Shown: piece after piece, positions 23,733 through 32,620 of the stretch
Layout of the letters: every line of letters starts with the position of its first letter
Position numbering within the stretch: position 1 is the stretch's first letter
Virus record (IMG/VR): IMGVR_UViG_3300013901_000002
Direction: 5' to 3' (one strand)
DNA: 39,090 bases
Origin: a virus
Program-made: the position numbers and the translations under genes
The notes under the pieces: generated by a model
Database searches by the model: none
What the model was told of the DNA's origin: nothing
What the model saw: the letters and a program-made list of their open reading frames with translations, nothing else

Positions 23733-26700
23733 ATGAGCTGGGACGATATCAAGCGGCAGTATGGCGGCGGTTCCAATAGCGGCGGCTGGGAAAGCGTCAA
23801 GGCGCAGTGGCAGGCGGGAGCGCCTGCCCGCGCCGTGAAGCAGCAGGAGGAGCAGCAGCGCCAGCGCGCTGCGCTCCAGCTGGCCGAACGCGGGGCCGCA
23901 CAGGCCCGCGAGGCGGTCGAGACCGTCAAGAACGGCCTCAGGAGGTCACAGGGCGCGCAGAGCGGCGGCACAAACGGCAAGGCCAATGCAGACACGGTTA
24001 TGCGCGAACGGTTCGCGCAGGGCCGCACAAGCCGTCAGGGACAGCGCCTTACAGACAGCGCGACGAAGCAGACGCACGCCGAGGCCCGAAAGGCGGAGAA
24101 GCAGGAGCGCGCCTCGCAGCTGGCGGAAGCCGCGAAGCAGTATATCGACCTTGCCGTTCCGGCCATTGCGCAGGGTGCGGCAATGCGTATCACCGACCCG
24201 AGCGGGAAGCGCACGAAAGAACGCGCTGAAGAGTGGCAGAGATACCGCGACGGCTACGACAGCGGCCGCAGCGTGGAAACGGTGCAGGCGGAGTATGAAA
24301 AGGCGCAGGCCGACGCGGCGAGCGCCAGAGCCTACGCGAAGAATGCGCGCAGCCAGTCTGCCGGTTATCAGCAGAATGGCGCGCCGACACAGTATCAGAA
24401 CACGACCCGCCAGCAGAACAGCGCCAGAAATTCCGCGAAGCAGTGGGATGACGTGGCAACCGAGGCCGAAGAAAAGGCAAAGGCCCTCGCGACGGAACTC
24501 GGCTATGCAAAAACATTCTACCTGACGGATAAGTATGCAGGCCTTGCGGAAAACCCGGACTTTGCAGAAAAGTCGAAGGTCGACCCGGCCAAGCTGCGCG
24601 CCGCCGAAGAGACGGAGTCCCGCGCAGCGGTCCTGTATGCAGGCTTTGCCGACTCCGGTTCGCAGGCCACAAGGGACCCGGCTGCGGAGCTGATGACGGA
24701 CGATGAGCGGAAAACATACGTCTACCTGTACAACACGCAGGGGGCAGACGCGGCCGAGCAGTATTATAACGAGATGACGGACTCCCTCGAGGCGCGGCGC
24801 GGCCAGCAGATCGCAAGCGAATGGGACAGCACGCTCGGCAGAACGGCCTACAATTTCGGTATGGGCGTCCGCCGGTGGGGGCGCGGCATCGAGCAGCTGT
24901 TTACAGATGAGGCGCTGCCGACCTACGGCGAAGATTATGCGCAGGGCATCATGAATGAAGAGGCCGGGCGCGGCGGGCGCATTCTGTACAGCGCGGCAAA
25001 CAGCCTCGGCAATATGCTCCCGTCCGTCATTCTGTCTGCGGCCACGTCCGGCGCGGCGGGTGCGCTCGGCGCAAGTGCGAAGGCGGCAGAGGCTGCGGGC
25101 AAGGCTGCATCAACGGCCAGCATGTTTGCGGGCGCGAAGGGCAACGCTTACACGGAGGCCCTGCGGCAGGGTATGACCAAGGCGGAGGCCGGGACATACT
25201 CCACGCTGGTCGGCGCGTCCGAGGCGGGCCTTGAATACCTCCTCGGCGGTATCTCCAAGCTCGGCGTGAACCCCGTCGGCAAAGCGGCCGAAAAGTGGGT
25301 GTCAGATCTCGGGACCGGCTACGCGAAAGCGATCCTCGGGCCGGCCGGTAAGCTGCTCGGCAGCGCGGCCGGTGAGATCCTCGAAGAAAACATCCAGAAC
25401 TATCTGGAACCGATCTTCCTGAACGCCGTGACCGGCGAAGAGGGCGAAATGCCCGGCTGGGATGAGTTCGTTGAAACGACGCTCTCCGTGCTGATTACCG
25501 TCGGCCTGATGGAAGGGCCGGGGACGGTATCCAGCATCAATACCAACATGCAGACCACGATCCCCGAGATGCAGCGCCAGTGGGTCGACTCTGCGCTTAA
25601 TGTCTTCCCGGAGGGCTCTTCTGCGCGGCTTGTTGCGCAGGCACTCAGTGAGCGCCTGAACAGGGGCGATACAATTACCGCGCAGGAATTCAGGGCGGAG
25701 CTGCGGGAGCTGGGCCTCTCCGAGTCTGCAATGAACAAAATCCGCGCCGGGAAGGTCACGCTCGAAGAAGTCCAGCAGGCAATGACGGAGGCGCAGCGCG
25801 GTAAATTTACCGTTGCCGCGCCGCAGGAAGGCGCAGCAGTCTCAAGCACTGCCACAGAGGTAGCACAGGAGGCCGCACGCAAGCGCACAGCGGCCGGAAA
25901 TGCCGCTCCCGTCTACATGGCTTACGGTTTCAAAGAGGACGCAGCGCGCGCAGCAGCGGCCGTGACGGCAAAGATGGAAGCGGGGGAGACGCTCACGAAC
26001 GCGGAGGTCGGCGCGCTCCGGCTGAAAACGCAGCGCGGCCGCGAAGCGCTCGGCGCGATCCTCGGCATTGAGATCGACTCCCCGCAGGCGTTCCGCCGGG
26101 CCGAGCTGTTTTATCAGCAGGGCCGCGCCGCGCAGGAGTGGAACAGCGTGCATCTCGACGTCGCGACGCTCCCGGCGACACAGGAAAGCGCCGTGGCGAT
26201 CCTAGGGAACGAGCAGGCGCTTGCGGCGTTTGAGATGATGCTGGAGCGGCCGGTAGAAGGCGTCTGGCAGGCCCGTGTCGAGCAGGTCATCAAGGGCCTG
26301 AAGGAGATACAGGCCGGGCGCGGGGAGAATGCGCAGACCGTCAGCGCGGCGGAGCAGCGCGCAGCATATGCAAGCCAGCTTCCGCAGATCGCGCAGCCCA
26401 TTGACTGGAACGGCCCGGAAGGGGCCGGGTTCCGTGATTCTGTGCGAGCACTGTATAGGCGCGCAGGCGTTCGGGACAAAATCCCGAACACGTCAAACCT
26501 TTTTGCCGCACTCGGCAATATGCTTGCAGGGGAAACCCTGACGACGCGCCAGATCGAGGGCCTGAATCTGTCAGACCCGGCCTACCGCATGGGCCTTGAA
26601 TTGGTGACCGGGCTTCACGTCGACGTCCCTGAGGGTGCAAACTGGCAGGCCCGCGGAAACGCGTTCCGCGCGGCAGAGGCCAACTATCAGGAGGCACGCC

Positions 26701-29700
26701 GATATACCCAGAATTCCGGCCTCCAGATGTCCACGACAATGCTGGATTCCACAGGGGCGCGCACCGCACAATTGAATATTGACAACGCCGCAGCGAACGG
26801 GTATAATCAGAGCATCAACGAGAATGGGGGTGCTGCAAATGGATTATACGAAGAAGCTGGACGAATTTCTGGGGCAGTTCCCATACGAGAAGAATCTCGT
26901 GGAGCATTATCGCAAGGACGGAATGACGGATCAGGAAATCTGGGAGTTTCTCGAGTCGTTTTACTGAGCGAAGCGGCCAGAAAGACGTTTGAACAGCGCG
27001 GCGTTGTCCCCGCAGAGTTTTCCTCTGCGGACAACGCCGCGTTTTCTTCTGCCCTGACTGCCGCAAGGGACGCGGATGCGCGCAACGGCTGGGCGGTCAC
27101 GCCGGAACCCGGCGCAGAACTGGATCAGCGCGGAGTCCGGTCTTTCCTGACCGGAAACGGCGCTTCCGGATTTGCGATCACGCCGGACGGCGATATTATC
27201 GGCGTCTTCAGCAACAAGGCGGCGGGCGCGCCGTTTGGTATGACGCAGCAGATTCTCCCGCTCGCGGTCGCTAACGGCGGTGTTAAACTGGATTGCTACG
27301 GCGAACGGCTTGTAAGCCTGTACGAGCGGAACGGCTTTGTTCCGGTCGCCCGCGTGGAATTCAATTCGGAATATGCCAATCCCGGCTGGACGGCGGATAA
27401 GGGAAGCCCGGATATCTACTTCATGATGCACAACGGCGACAGCGCCGACACCATGGTGCAGAACTACGGCAAGTATCAGCTCTCTACACAGGAGGAGCTG
27501 AACGCGCTCCCCGTCATGAGCTATGACGAGGCGGCTGCATACCGCGACAATCTTATTTCGCGGCGGCGCGGCAGCGACACGACGTCCGTCGGCGCGGCTC
27601 CGTCCGGCTTTGACCCCCTGAGTCACGCTGCAAACGAGTACGGTGCGATCCCGCCGGGCGAAAACCCGCAGGGGGACAATCATATCGTCGACATTCCCAA
27701 GAGCATGGACGGCAAGACCAAGGTGCAGCAGGGCACGCGCACGTTCGCCGAAGCGGCTGCGACGCAGGACGTCGACATGATCGAGGACGCGGTGGTGCGG
27801 GGCATGTTCAACCGCCGCGGCTGGAACTTCGACGAGCAGCGGCAGCAAGCTACAGATTGGCTCAACGAGCGCACGCCGTCGCAGGCCGTTGTGGAATGGA
27901 CGTCGGAGAACGTCAAAACGCCATCGGCGAAGAATTTCGCCCGCGGCATGCTGCTCTATGCTGACCTGCAGAAGCTCTGGAAGGAATCCGAGGCAGGCTC
28001 CACCGAGCAGCGCATGTATCACGATATGTCCCTTGAGGTCATGGCGTCGCTGAACAACTCCGCGACGCTGGCGGGCGAAACGCTTGCGCTGATGCGGCTC
28101 ATCAAACGGCTGAATCCGGCCGACAAGGTCGAGCTGATCCGGCGCGGGGTCAAGAGCCTGAACGCCACGCTGAAAAACGGCGTGCAGGTCGAGATGAATC
28201 CTGAGCTTGTGGAAGCGTACTATCAGGCGCTGCATGACGGCGGCGAACAGGCGATCCGCCTCACGGAGGAAAATCTGAAGCGCGACATCGCCGCGCAGGT
28301 CCCGAAGACGCTTGCCGACCGCTGGAATGCATGGCGCTATCTGTGCATGCTGGGCAATCCCAAGACCATCATCCGCAACGCCGCGGGCAACCTCGGTATG
28401 ACCGGCGTGAAGCGCCTGCGTGATACCGTCGGAACGGGGCTGGAGCTGTTCATCCCGAAGGAAGAGCGAACGAAGGCGACGCTGTGGGCGCGGAACTCCA
28501 AGAAGGGCCGAGCACTGGCGGAGTTCATCTCTCAGAACTACTACACGGACGAGGTTCAGGACACGCTCCGCGGCGAAGGGAAGTACTCGCAGAATCTGGA
28601 GAATTCCCTGCGCCAGATGATCCGCGAACAGAACGGGACGTTCACCGCGCCGGTTCTCAAGCAGTGGCAGGCATTTACGGAGTGGGCCATGAATGATTCC
28701 GCGTTCGGCGACGCTGGATTCCTGCGGCATCATTACGTCAATTCGTTCGTGCAGGCCGCGCTTGCCAGAGGCTACACCGCGGAGGATTTCGCCCGCAAGG
28801 GCGGCGTCTCGCAGGAGGTTTTGACCGAGCTGCAGGATTACGCCGTGAATCAGGCGCAGAAGGCGACGTTCCGCGATCTCAACAGCTTTTCCAAGCTCAT
28901 GAAGAAGCTTCCGAACAAGGATAATTTCTGGGGCGTCCTGATGCAGGGCATCCTGCCGTTCCGCTCTACGCCCGCCAACGTGGCCGTGCGCTCCGTGGAA
29001 TATAGTCCGCTCGGCATTGCGCAGGGCATTCAGCAGCTCGTCCGATACGCGCTGGACAAGCGGGCAGACCGGCCGCTGAGCTACTCCAAGTCGCAGATCA
29101 TTGAGTCTTTCTCGCAGGGCATCGTCGGCACGGTTCTGTTCGGGGCCGGGTTCGTGCTTGCCAATGCCGGCATCATCCACGGAGCCGCAGATGACGACGA
29201 TGAGCGCAAGGGCATCCAGTCGTATTCTATCACGGTCGGGGGCAAAAATATCACGCTGGACTGGCTGTCTCCGTCCATCGTCCCGCTCATGATGGGTGCA
29301 ATGGCAAGCGATATGTCAGCCGACGGCGCGTATACTTTTGATGCGCTCGTCACGTCCGCCGGAACGATGCTGCAGCCCATGTTCGAGATGTCTATGCTTT
29401 CCGGCGTCTCCGACCTGTTGGATTCCTTCCGGTATGCCGACAGCAGCAACGACGTTACGGGCATTGCATGGGGCCTGTTTTGCGAGCCGTTCATGAATTA
29501 TCTGTCGCAAGGCATCCCGACGCTGCTCAGCCAGACGACGCAGACCATCGGCGACGAAAGCACCTACACCTATACCGGCGATCTGCCGACCGGCTTCCTG
29601 AAGAAGCTCACCAAGAGCGTCTGGAAGATGCTCCGCAAAACGCCGCTGTCGCTCGTCTTCGACGACCGGCAGGCGGAGTTCGTGGACGAGTACGGCCGCA

Positions 29701-30749
29701 CGCAGGACAAGGGCAACGTCGTTGAGCGGTTCTTCAACTCCTTCCTGAACCCGGCCTATGTCTCCGACGTAATGGAGACCGACCTCGATACGGAGCTGGA
29801 GCGGCTGGAAAAATCGACCGGCACGAACGCCGCGCCGACGCGGCGCGGGTATACCATTACTGTCAACGGCGAACGCAAGCGCCTGACGAAAGACCAGTAC
29901 GACCGCTACAGCCGGGAGTATGGTACGCAGGCTGCAGAGATGATGGGCGCGCTGCTTGTCAGCAAGCAGTACGACGAGATGACCGACGAGGAACGTGTGG
30001 GAGCATTCGAAAAAATTGGCCAGCTCGCCGATAAATACGGTAAAATCTCCGCGGGAGTTGGGTACACGGTAAAGGACGGCGACGCCGATAAGGCGCTGTT
30101 TGATCTCGTGGATTCCGGCATCCCCGTCGCCGAGGCTTACGCGGCCCGCCTGTACCGCGATCAGCTCAACAAGGATTCTATCCTAGATGCCACGACGCGG
30201 CAAGAGCGGTTCTCCGCATGGGTCTCCGGCCAGAGCGGCTGGAGCAAGAAGCAGAAGGACGCCGTGCTTGATGCCTACGGGACGTTCTTCACGCAGACGC
30301 CTGCGAACACGGAGAAGTATGAGGCCGCCGCGAAGATCGTCGGCACGGACAAGGCGATGCAGGTCAGTGACGCGATCCGCGCCCTGCAGCCGGAACAGAA
30401 GTCCGACGCGAAGTACGAGTACGACCGCGCAAAGGACGACACAGCAAGCAAGACCTACAGCTCTGTCCGGACGGTGCAGCGCATCGAGCTGATTGCCAAG
30501 CAGTCGGGGCTCAGCGACAAGGACAAGTATGCCCTGATGGAGCTTTATACCACGGACTGGCGCTGCGAGGAGTTCCGGCAAGCCGGGCTTTCTCCGAAGG
30601 TCTACGCGGAGTTCCTGCGAGGCAAGGACGAGTATTGCCCGAGCGGCCAGTGGTCGGACAAGCGCTTCACGCAGTGGCTTGCGAGTACGAGCTACAGCGC
30701 AGAGGTAAAATCCAAAATCCGAGCGATTTACAACATGGACAAGCCTTAA
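23733..30749 (+). CDS. Giant (2338 aa) polyvalent virion/ejection protein with TM-rich segment and a GNAT-like central domain
   Basis: It is a single open frame. There is an N-terminal coiled coil and a hydrophobic G/A-rich block (..NMLPSVILSAATSGAAGALG..). A GNAT-like fold is suggested by GFAITPDGDIIGVF...LDCYGERLVSLYERNGFVPVARV, followed by a long helical C-terminal region with TM segments. Confidence 0.75.
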   Translation: MSWDDIKRQYGGGSNSGGWESVKAQWQAGAPARAVKQQEEQQRQRAALQLAERGAAQAREAVETVKNGLRRSQGAQSGGTNGKANADTVMRERFAQGRTSRQGQRLTDSATKQTHAEARKAEKQERASQLAEAAKQYIDLAVPAIAQGAAMRITDPSGKRTKERAEEWQRYRDGYDSGRSVETVQAEYEKAQADAASARAYAKNARSQSAGYQQNGAPTQYQNTTRQQNSARNSAKQWDDVATEAEEKAKALATELGYAKTFYLTDKYAGLAENPDFAEKSKVDPAKLRAAEETESRAAVLYAGFADSGSQATRDPAAELMTDDERKTYVYLYNTQGADAAEQYYNEMTDSLEARRGQQIASEWDSTLGRTAYNFGMGVRRWGRGIEQLFTDEALPTYGEDYAQGIMNEEAGRGGRILYSAANSLGNMLPSVILSAATSGAAGALGASAKAAEAAGKAASTASMFAGAKGNAYTEALRQGMTKAEAGTYSTLVGASEAGLEYLLGGISKLGVNPVGKAAEKWVSDLGTGYAKAILGPAGKLLGSAAGEILEENIQNYLEPIFLNAVTGEEGEMPGWDEFVETTLSVLITVGLMEGPGTVSSINTNMQTTIPEMQRQWVDSALNVFPEGSSARLVAQALSERLNRGDTITAQEFRAELRELGLSESAMNKIRAGKVTLEEVQQAMTEAQRGKFTVAAPQEGAAVSSTATEVAQEAARKRTAAGNAAPVYMAYGFKEDAARAAAAVTAKMEAGETLTNAEVGALRLKTQRGREALGAILGIEIDSPQAFRRAELFYQQGRAAQEWNSVHLDVATLPATQESAVAILGNEQALAAFEMMLERPVEGVWQARVEQVIKGLKEIQAGRGENAQTVSAAEQRAAYASQLPQIAQPIDWNGPEGAGFRDSVRALYRRAGVRDKIPNTSNLFAALGNMLAGETLTTRQIEGLNLSDPAYRMGLELVTGLHVDVPEGANWQARGNAFRAAEANYQEARRYTQNSGLQMSTTMLDSTGARTAQLNIDNAAANGYNQSINENGGAANGLYEEAGRISGAVPIREESRGALSQGRNDGSGNLGVSRVVLLSEAARKTFEQRGVVPAEFSSADNAAFSSALTAARDADARNGWAVTPEPGAELDQRGVRSFLTGNGASGFAITPDGDIIGVFSNKAAGAPFGMTQQILPLAVANGGVKLDCYGERLVSLYERNGFVPVARVEFNSEYANPGWTADKGSPDIYFMMHNGDSADTMVQNYGKYQLSTQEELNALPVMSYDEAAAYRDNLISRRRGSDTTSVGAAPSGFDPLSHAANEYGAIPPGENPQGDNHIVDIPKSMDGKTKVQQGTRTFAEAAATQDVDMIEDAVVRGMFNRRGWNFDEQRQQATDWLNERTPSQAVVEWTSENVKTPSAKNFARGMLLYADLQKLWKESEAGSTEQRMYHDMSLEVMASLNNSATLAGETLALMRLIKRLNPADKVELIRRGVKSLNATLKNGVQVEMNPELVEAYYQALHDGGEQAIRLTEENLKRDIAAQVPKTLADRWNAWRYLCMLGNPKTIIRNAAGNLGMTGVKRLRDTVGTGLELFIPKEERTKATLWARNSKKGRALAEFISQNYYTDEVQDTLRGEGKYSQNLENSLRQMIREQNGTFTAPVLKQWQAFTEWAMNDSAFGDAGFLRHHYVNSFVQAALARGYTAEDFARKGGVSQEVLTELQDYAVNQAQKATFRDLNSFSKLMKKLPNKDNFWGVLMQGILPFRSTPANVAVRSVEYSPLGIAQGIQQLVRYALDKRADRPLSYSKSQIIESFSQGIVGTVLFGAGFVLANAGIIHGAADDDDERKGIQSYSITVGGKNITLDWLSPSIVPLMMGAMASDMSADGAYTFDALVTSAGTMLQPMFEMSMLSGVSDLLDSFRYADSSNDVTGIAWGLFCEPFMNYLSQGIPTLLSQTTQTIGDESTYTYTGDLPTGFLKKLTKSVWKMLRKTPLSLVFDDRQAEFVDEYGRTQDKGNVVERFFNSFLNPAYVSDVMETDLDTELERLEKSTGTNAAPTRRGYTITVNGERKRLTKDQYDRYSREYGTQAAEMMGALLVSKQYDEMTDEERVGAFEKIGQLADKYGKISAGVGYTVKDGDADKALFDLVDSGIPVAEAYAARLYRDQLNKDSILDATTRQERFSAWVSGQSGWSKKQKDAVLDAYGTFFTQTPANTEKYEAAAKIVGTDKAMQVSDAIRALQPEQKSDAKYEYDRAKDDTASKTYSSVRTVQRIELIAKQSGLSDKDKYALMELYTTDWRCEEFRQAGLSPKVYAEFLRGKDEYCPSGQWSDKRFTQWLASTSYSAEVKSKIRAIYNMDKP
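26779..26807 (+). promoter_or_regulatory. Perfect consensus promoter TTGACA-17 nt-TATAAT inside the giant gene
   Basis: TTGACA lies at 26779-26784 and TATAAT at 26802-26807, with AT-rich sequence upstream (ATTGAATA). Confidence 0.7.
26839..26967 (+). CDS. Embedded 42-aa acidic micro-protein in the +1 frame of the giant gene
   Basis: GGGGGTG lies 6 nt upstream of the ATG. It translates MDYTKKLDEFLGQFPYEKNLVEHYRKDGMTDQEIWEFLESFY. By hand count, 29/42 codons end in G/C in this frame, against 9/43 in the host frame. Confidence 0.55.
   Translation: MDYTKKLDEFLGQFPYEKNLVEHYRKDGMTDQEIWEFLESFY
26998..27050 (+). terminator. Strong intrinsic terminator inside the giant gene, closing the embedded unit
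   Basis: The stem is 11 + 7 bp (26998-27017 / 27023-27040) with a 2-nt bulge and a 5-nt loop, followed by GTTTTCTTCT. Confidence 0.65.
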
Positions 30750-30750
30750 A

Positions 30751-31004
30751 ACCGTTTCGGGGTTGCTACGCGGTTGCTACGTGACCGCGTGGGAACCCCG
30801 AAAAACGTGCGTATATGGCGGTTTTTAGGGGGGTTATGAAAATTGTTGAAATATCACGATTCCCATATTTGACCTTTTACAATCGTGAAAAACTTAGAAT
30901 TTGAATATTTTGCACTAATTCCCCGCAAAACAGTTAGCTAAATGTTAGCTCCCTCTTTGCGTATCGGGCGCGTTGCTACGTGGTTGCTACGCGGTTGCTA
31001 CGGA
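30751..31004. promoter_or_regulatory. attP region: five GGTTGCTACG arm-type repeats flanking an AT-rich core
   Basis: Repeats start at 30761, 30772, 30971 (CGTTGCTACG), 30982 and 30993, all direct and 11-bp phased. The AT-rich segment at about 30830-30950 contains the inverted CACGATT/AATCGTG pair. The region abuts the int stop codon. Confidence 0.65.
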
Positions 31005-32069
31005 TCAATCTACGAGGTCTATGGCGGCGCGGAGCGTCTCGACATCTTGATTGATATAAATGTCACTGGTCGTCTTGTAATTCGTGTGTCCGATCATTCG
31101 CTTGATATCCTCAGGGCGCGCACCGGCGGCGGCAAGCCGCGTGGCGAAGGTATGCCGGGCACAGTGCGGCGTGAGATCGTCCGGGAGTCCGAGTGCTTCC
31201 CGCGCTGGCCCCCATACCTGCAGCCGGAACAATTGCGCCGTGTATCGTTTCCCTTTTTTGTTGCGGTACAACGGCCCCGGCCCGGCGGCGGCCCAGCGGT
31301 CGACGATTGGGATGATATCCGGGTGAACGGGGACGATGCGGCCTTTGCCTGCGGCCGTCTTGATGCCGCCGCGGATGATGTGCTGTACCGGGTCGTAATC
31401 CTCGACGTTGAGCGCGCAGAAGGCTGTGACGCGGAACCCAAGATAACAAAACGCGAGCATTGCGTCTCCGCCGGGGACTTCGGCCCAATGCTCTTTTAGC
31501 GTCCGGAATTCCTCATTCGTGAAAGCCCGGTTTTTGGATTGGTCGTCTTTGACGTGAACGCTGATGAACTGCATATTGTCTCGCTCGACGTAGTTGTTCT
31601 CATACGCGCACTTAAACGTTGCACTTAAAGCAAACCGAGACAGGTTTGCAGTATGCTTTGCGTACTGCGCGTACAGGTCGGCGACGATCTCGCGAAGCTC
31701 TCCGGCGGACACGTCGCGGATCATACGCCTCACAAATGTGCCGTCCTGCAGCTTTTTGACGCGATTCCACGCTGTTTCATATGAGCGCAGAGTGCCCTTG
31801 TTTTCGATGGTCAATTCTGCCGTTTTGTACCAATATTCGTACACCTGCTGCACAGTGACCGGGGCGGCGGTGACGGGATTCTTTGCCCATCTGCGCAGGG
31901 CCTCGCGGGCTTCGGCGCGGGTATTGTAGCTTCCGAGATTGTTATAGACCCGGCGGGGCTTGCCGGACTCGTTTAGGATATAGGTCGCCGGAGCATAGGC
32001 GACGTAGGCGGTACGATGGGCATAGCGGCGGCGGACGATGGAACCGCTGCCGTTTTCTCTTTTTGCCAT
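31005..32069 (-). CDS. int: Tyrosine recombinase / phage integrase
   Basis: It is 354 aa. The C-terminal catalytic region reads ..HCARHTFATRLAAAGARPEDIKRMIGHTNYKTTSDIYIN, and an N-terminal SAM-like domain is present. Confidence 0.9.
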   Translation of the reverse strand: MAKRENGSGSIVRRRYAHRTAYVAYAPATYILNESGKPRRVYNNLGSYNTRAEAREALRRWAKNPVTAAPVTVQQVYEYWYKTAELTIENKGTLRSYETAWNRVKKLQDGTFVRRMIRDVSAGELREIVADLYAQYAKHTANLSRFALSATFKCAYENNYVERDNMQFISVHVKDDQSKNRAFTNEEFRTLKEHWAEVPGGDAMLAFCYLGFRVTAFCALNVEDYDPVQHIIRGGIKTAAGKGRIVPVHPDIIPIVDRWAAAGPGPLYRNKKGKRYTAQLFRLQVWGPAREALGLPDDLTPHCARHTFATRLAAAGARPEDIKRMIGHTNYKTTSDIYINQDVETLRAAIDLVD

Positions 32070-32179
32070 TTGGGCTCCTTTCCTGCTCCCACGCGCTCAA
32101 TATAGCGCAGAAAACCGCACACGTCAAGAATCTTTGCTTTTTATCCGCGTTTCGGGCATACTTAGCGCGGGGTGTTTTT

Positions 32180-32425
32180 GTGGTCGAGGTGTTGATCTGG
32201 CAGGCCCGCATGGCGCGGGGGCTGTCGCTGCGGGAACTGGAGCGGCGCAGCGGGGTATCCAGGGCGGCGCTGCAGCGCATCGAATCCGGTGGGGTCAGTC
32301 CGACGCTGGCGCAGCTGGACTTGATCGCGGGCGCTCTTGATTGCAGCATATCACAACTTTACCGGGAGTCCAATAGGTGTACAAAAAATGTCCCGATATC
32401 GGGACATTTTTGGAGAAAACGTTGA
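32180..32425 (+). CDS. Small XRE-type HTH regulator divergent from int (start uncertain)
   Basis: The product contains ARMARGLSLRELERRSGVSRAALQRIESGGVSPTLAQLDLIAGAL. GTG/TTG start options lie at 32180-32192, and there is no strong RBS. Confidence 0.6.
   Translation: MVEVLIWQARMARGLSLRELERRSGVSRAALQRIESGGVSPTLAQLDLIAGALDCSISQLYRESNRCTKNVPISGHFWRKR
32384..32411. terminator. Perfect 28-nt palindrome AAAAATGTCCCGAT/ATCGGGACATTTTT (bidirectional terminator)
   Basis: Read directly. It has an A-tract upstream and a T-tract downstream. Confidence 0.75.
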
Positions 32426-32451
32426 CGGGAGCCGCTCCAACGTGGCATAAT
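32422..32451 (+). promoter_or_regulatory. Promoter TTGACG-18 nt-TGgCATAAT
   Basis: TTGACG lies at 32422-32427 and CATAAT at 32446-32451, with an extended -10. Confidence 0.55.
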
Positions 32452-32479
32452 CAGAACGCAGGGGGAAACGGAGGACGGT

Positions 32480-32581
32480 ATGCAATACATTCCCGCGATT
32501 CAGAAGCTACTAAAAGGAGCCACGACCGAACAGCTCGCAATGATCTACCATTTTATCCGCGGCCTGCTGGCCGCAGCCTGA
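32480..32581 (+). CDS. 33-aa micro-protein with its own promoter and terminator
   Basis: ACGGAGGA lies upstream of the ATG at 32480. It translates MQYIPAIQKLLKGATTEQLAMIYHFIRGLLAAA. Confidence 0.45.
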   Translation: MQYIPAIQKLLKGATTEQLAMIYHFIRGLLAAA

Positions 32582-32590
32582 TACCCTGCA

Positions 32591-32620
32591 AAAAGCCCGC
32601 CGAGCACCGGCGGGCTTTTG
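32591..32620. terminator. Bidirectional intrinsic terminator (end of the early operon and of the micro-ORF unit)
   Basis: The stem is GCCCGCCG/CGGCGGGC, flanked by AAAA and TTTT. Confidence 0.8.

Noticed and set aside
26961-29180. 739-codon minus-strand ORF inside the giant gene.
   Set aside because: It is the same kind of antisense shadow of a GC-rich coding region, with no RBS or sensible domains.
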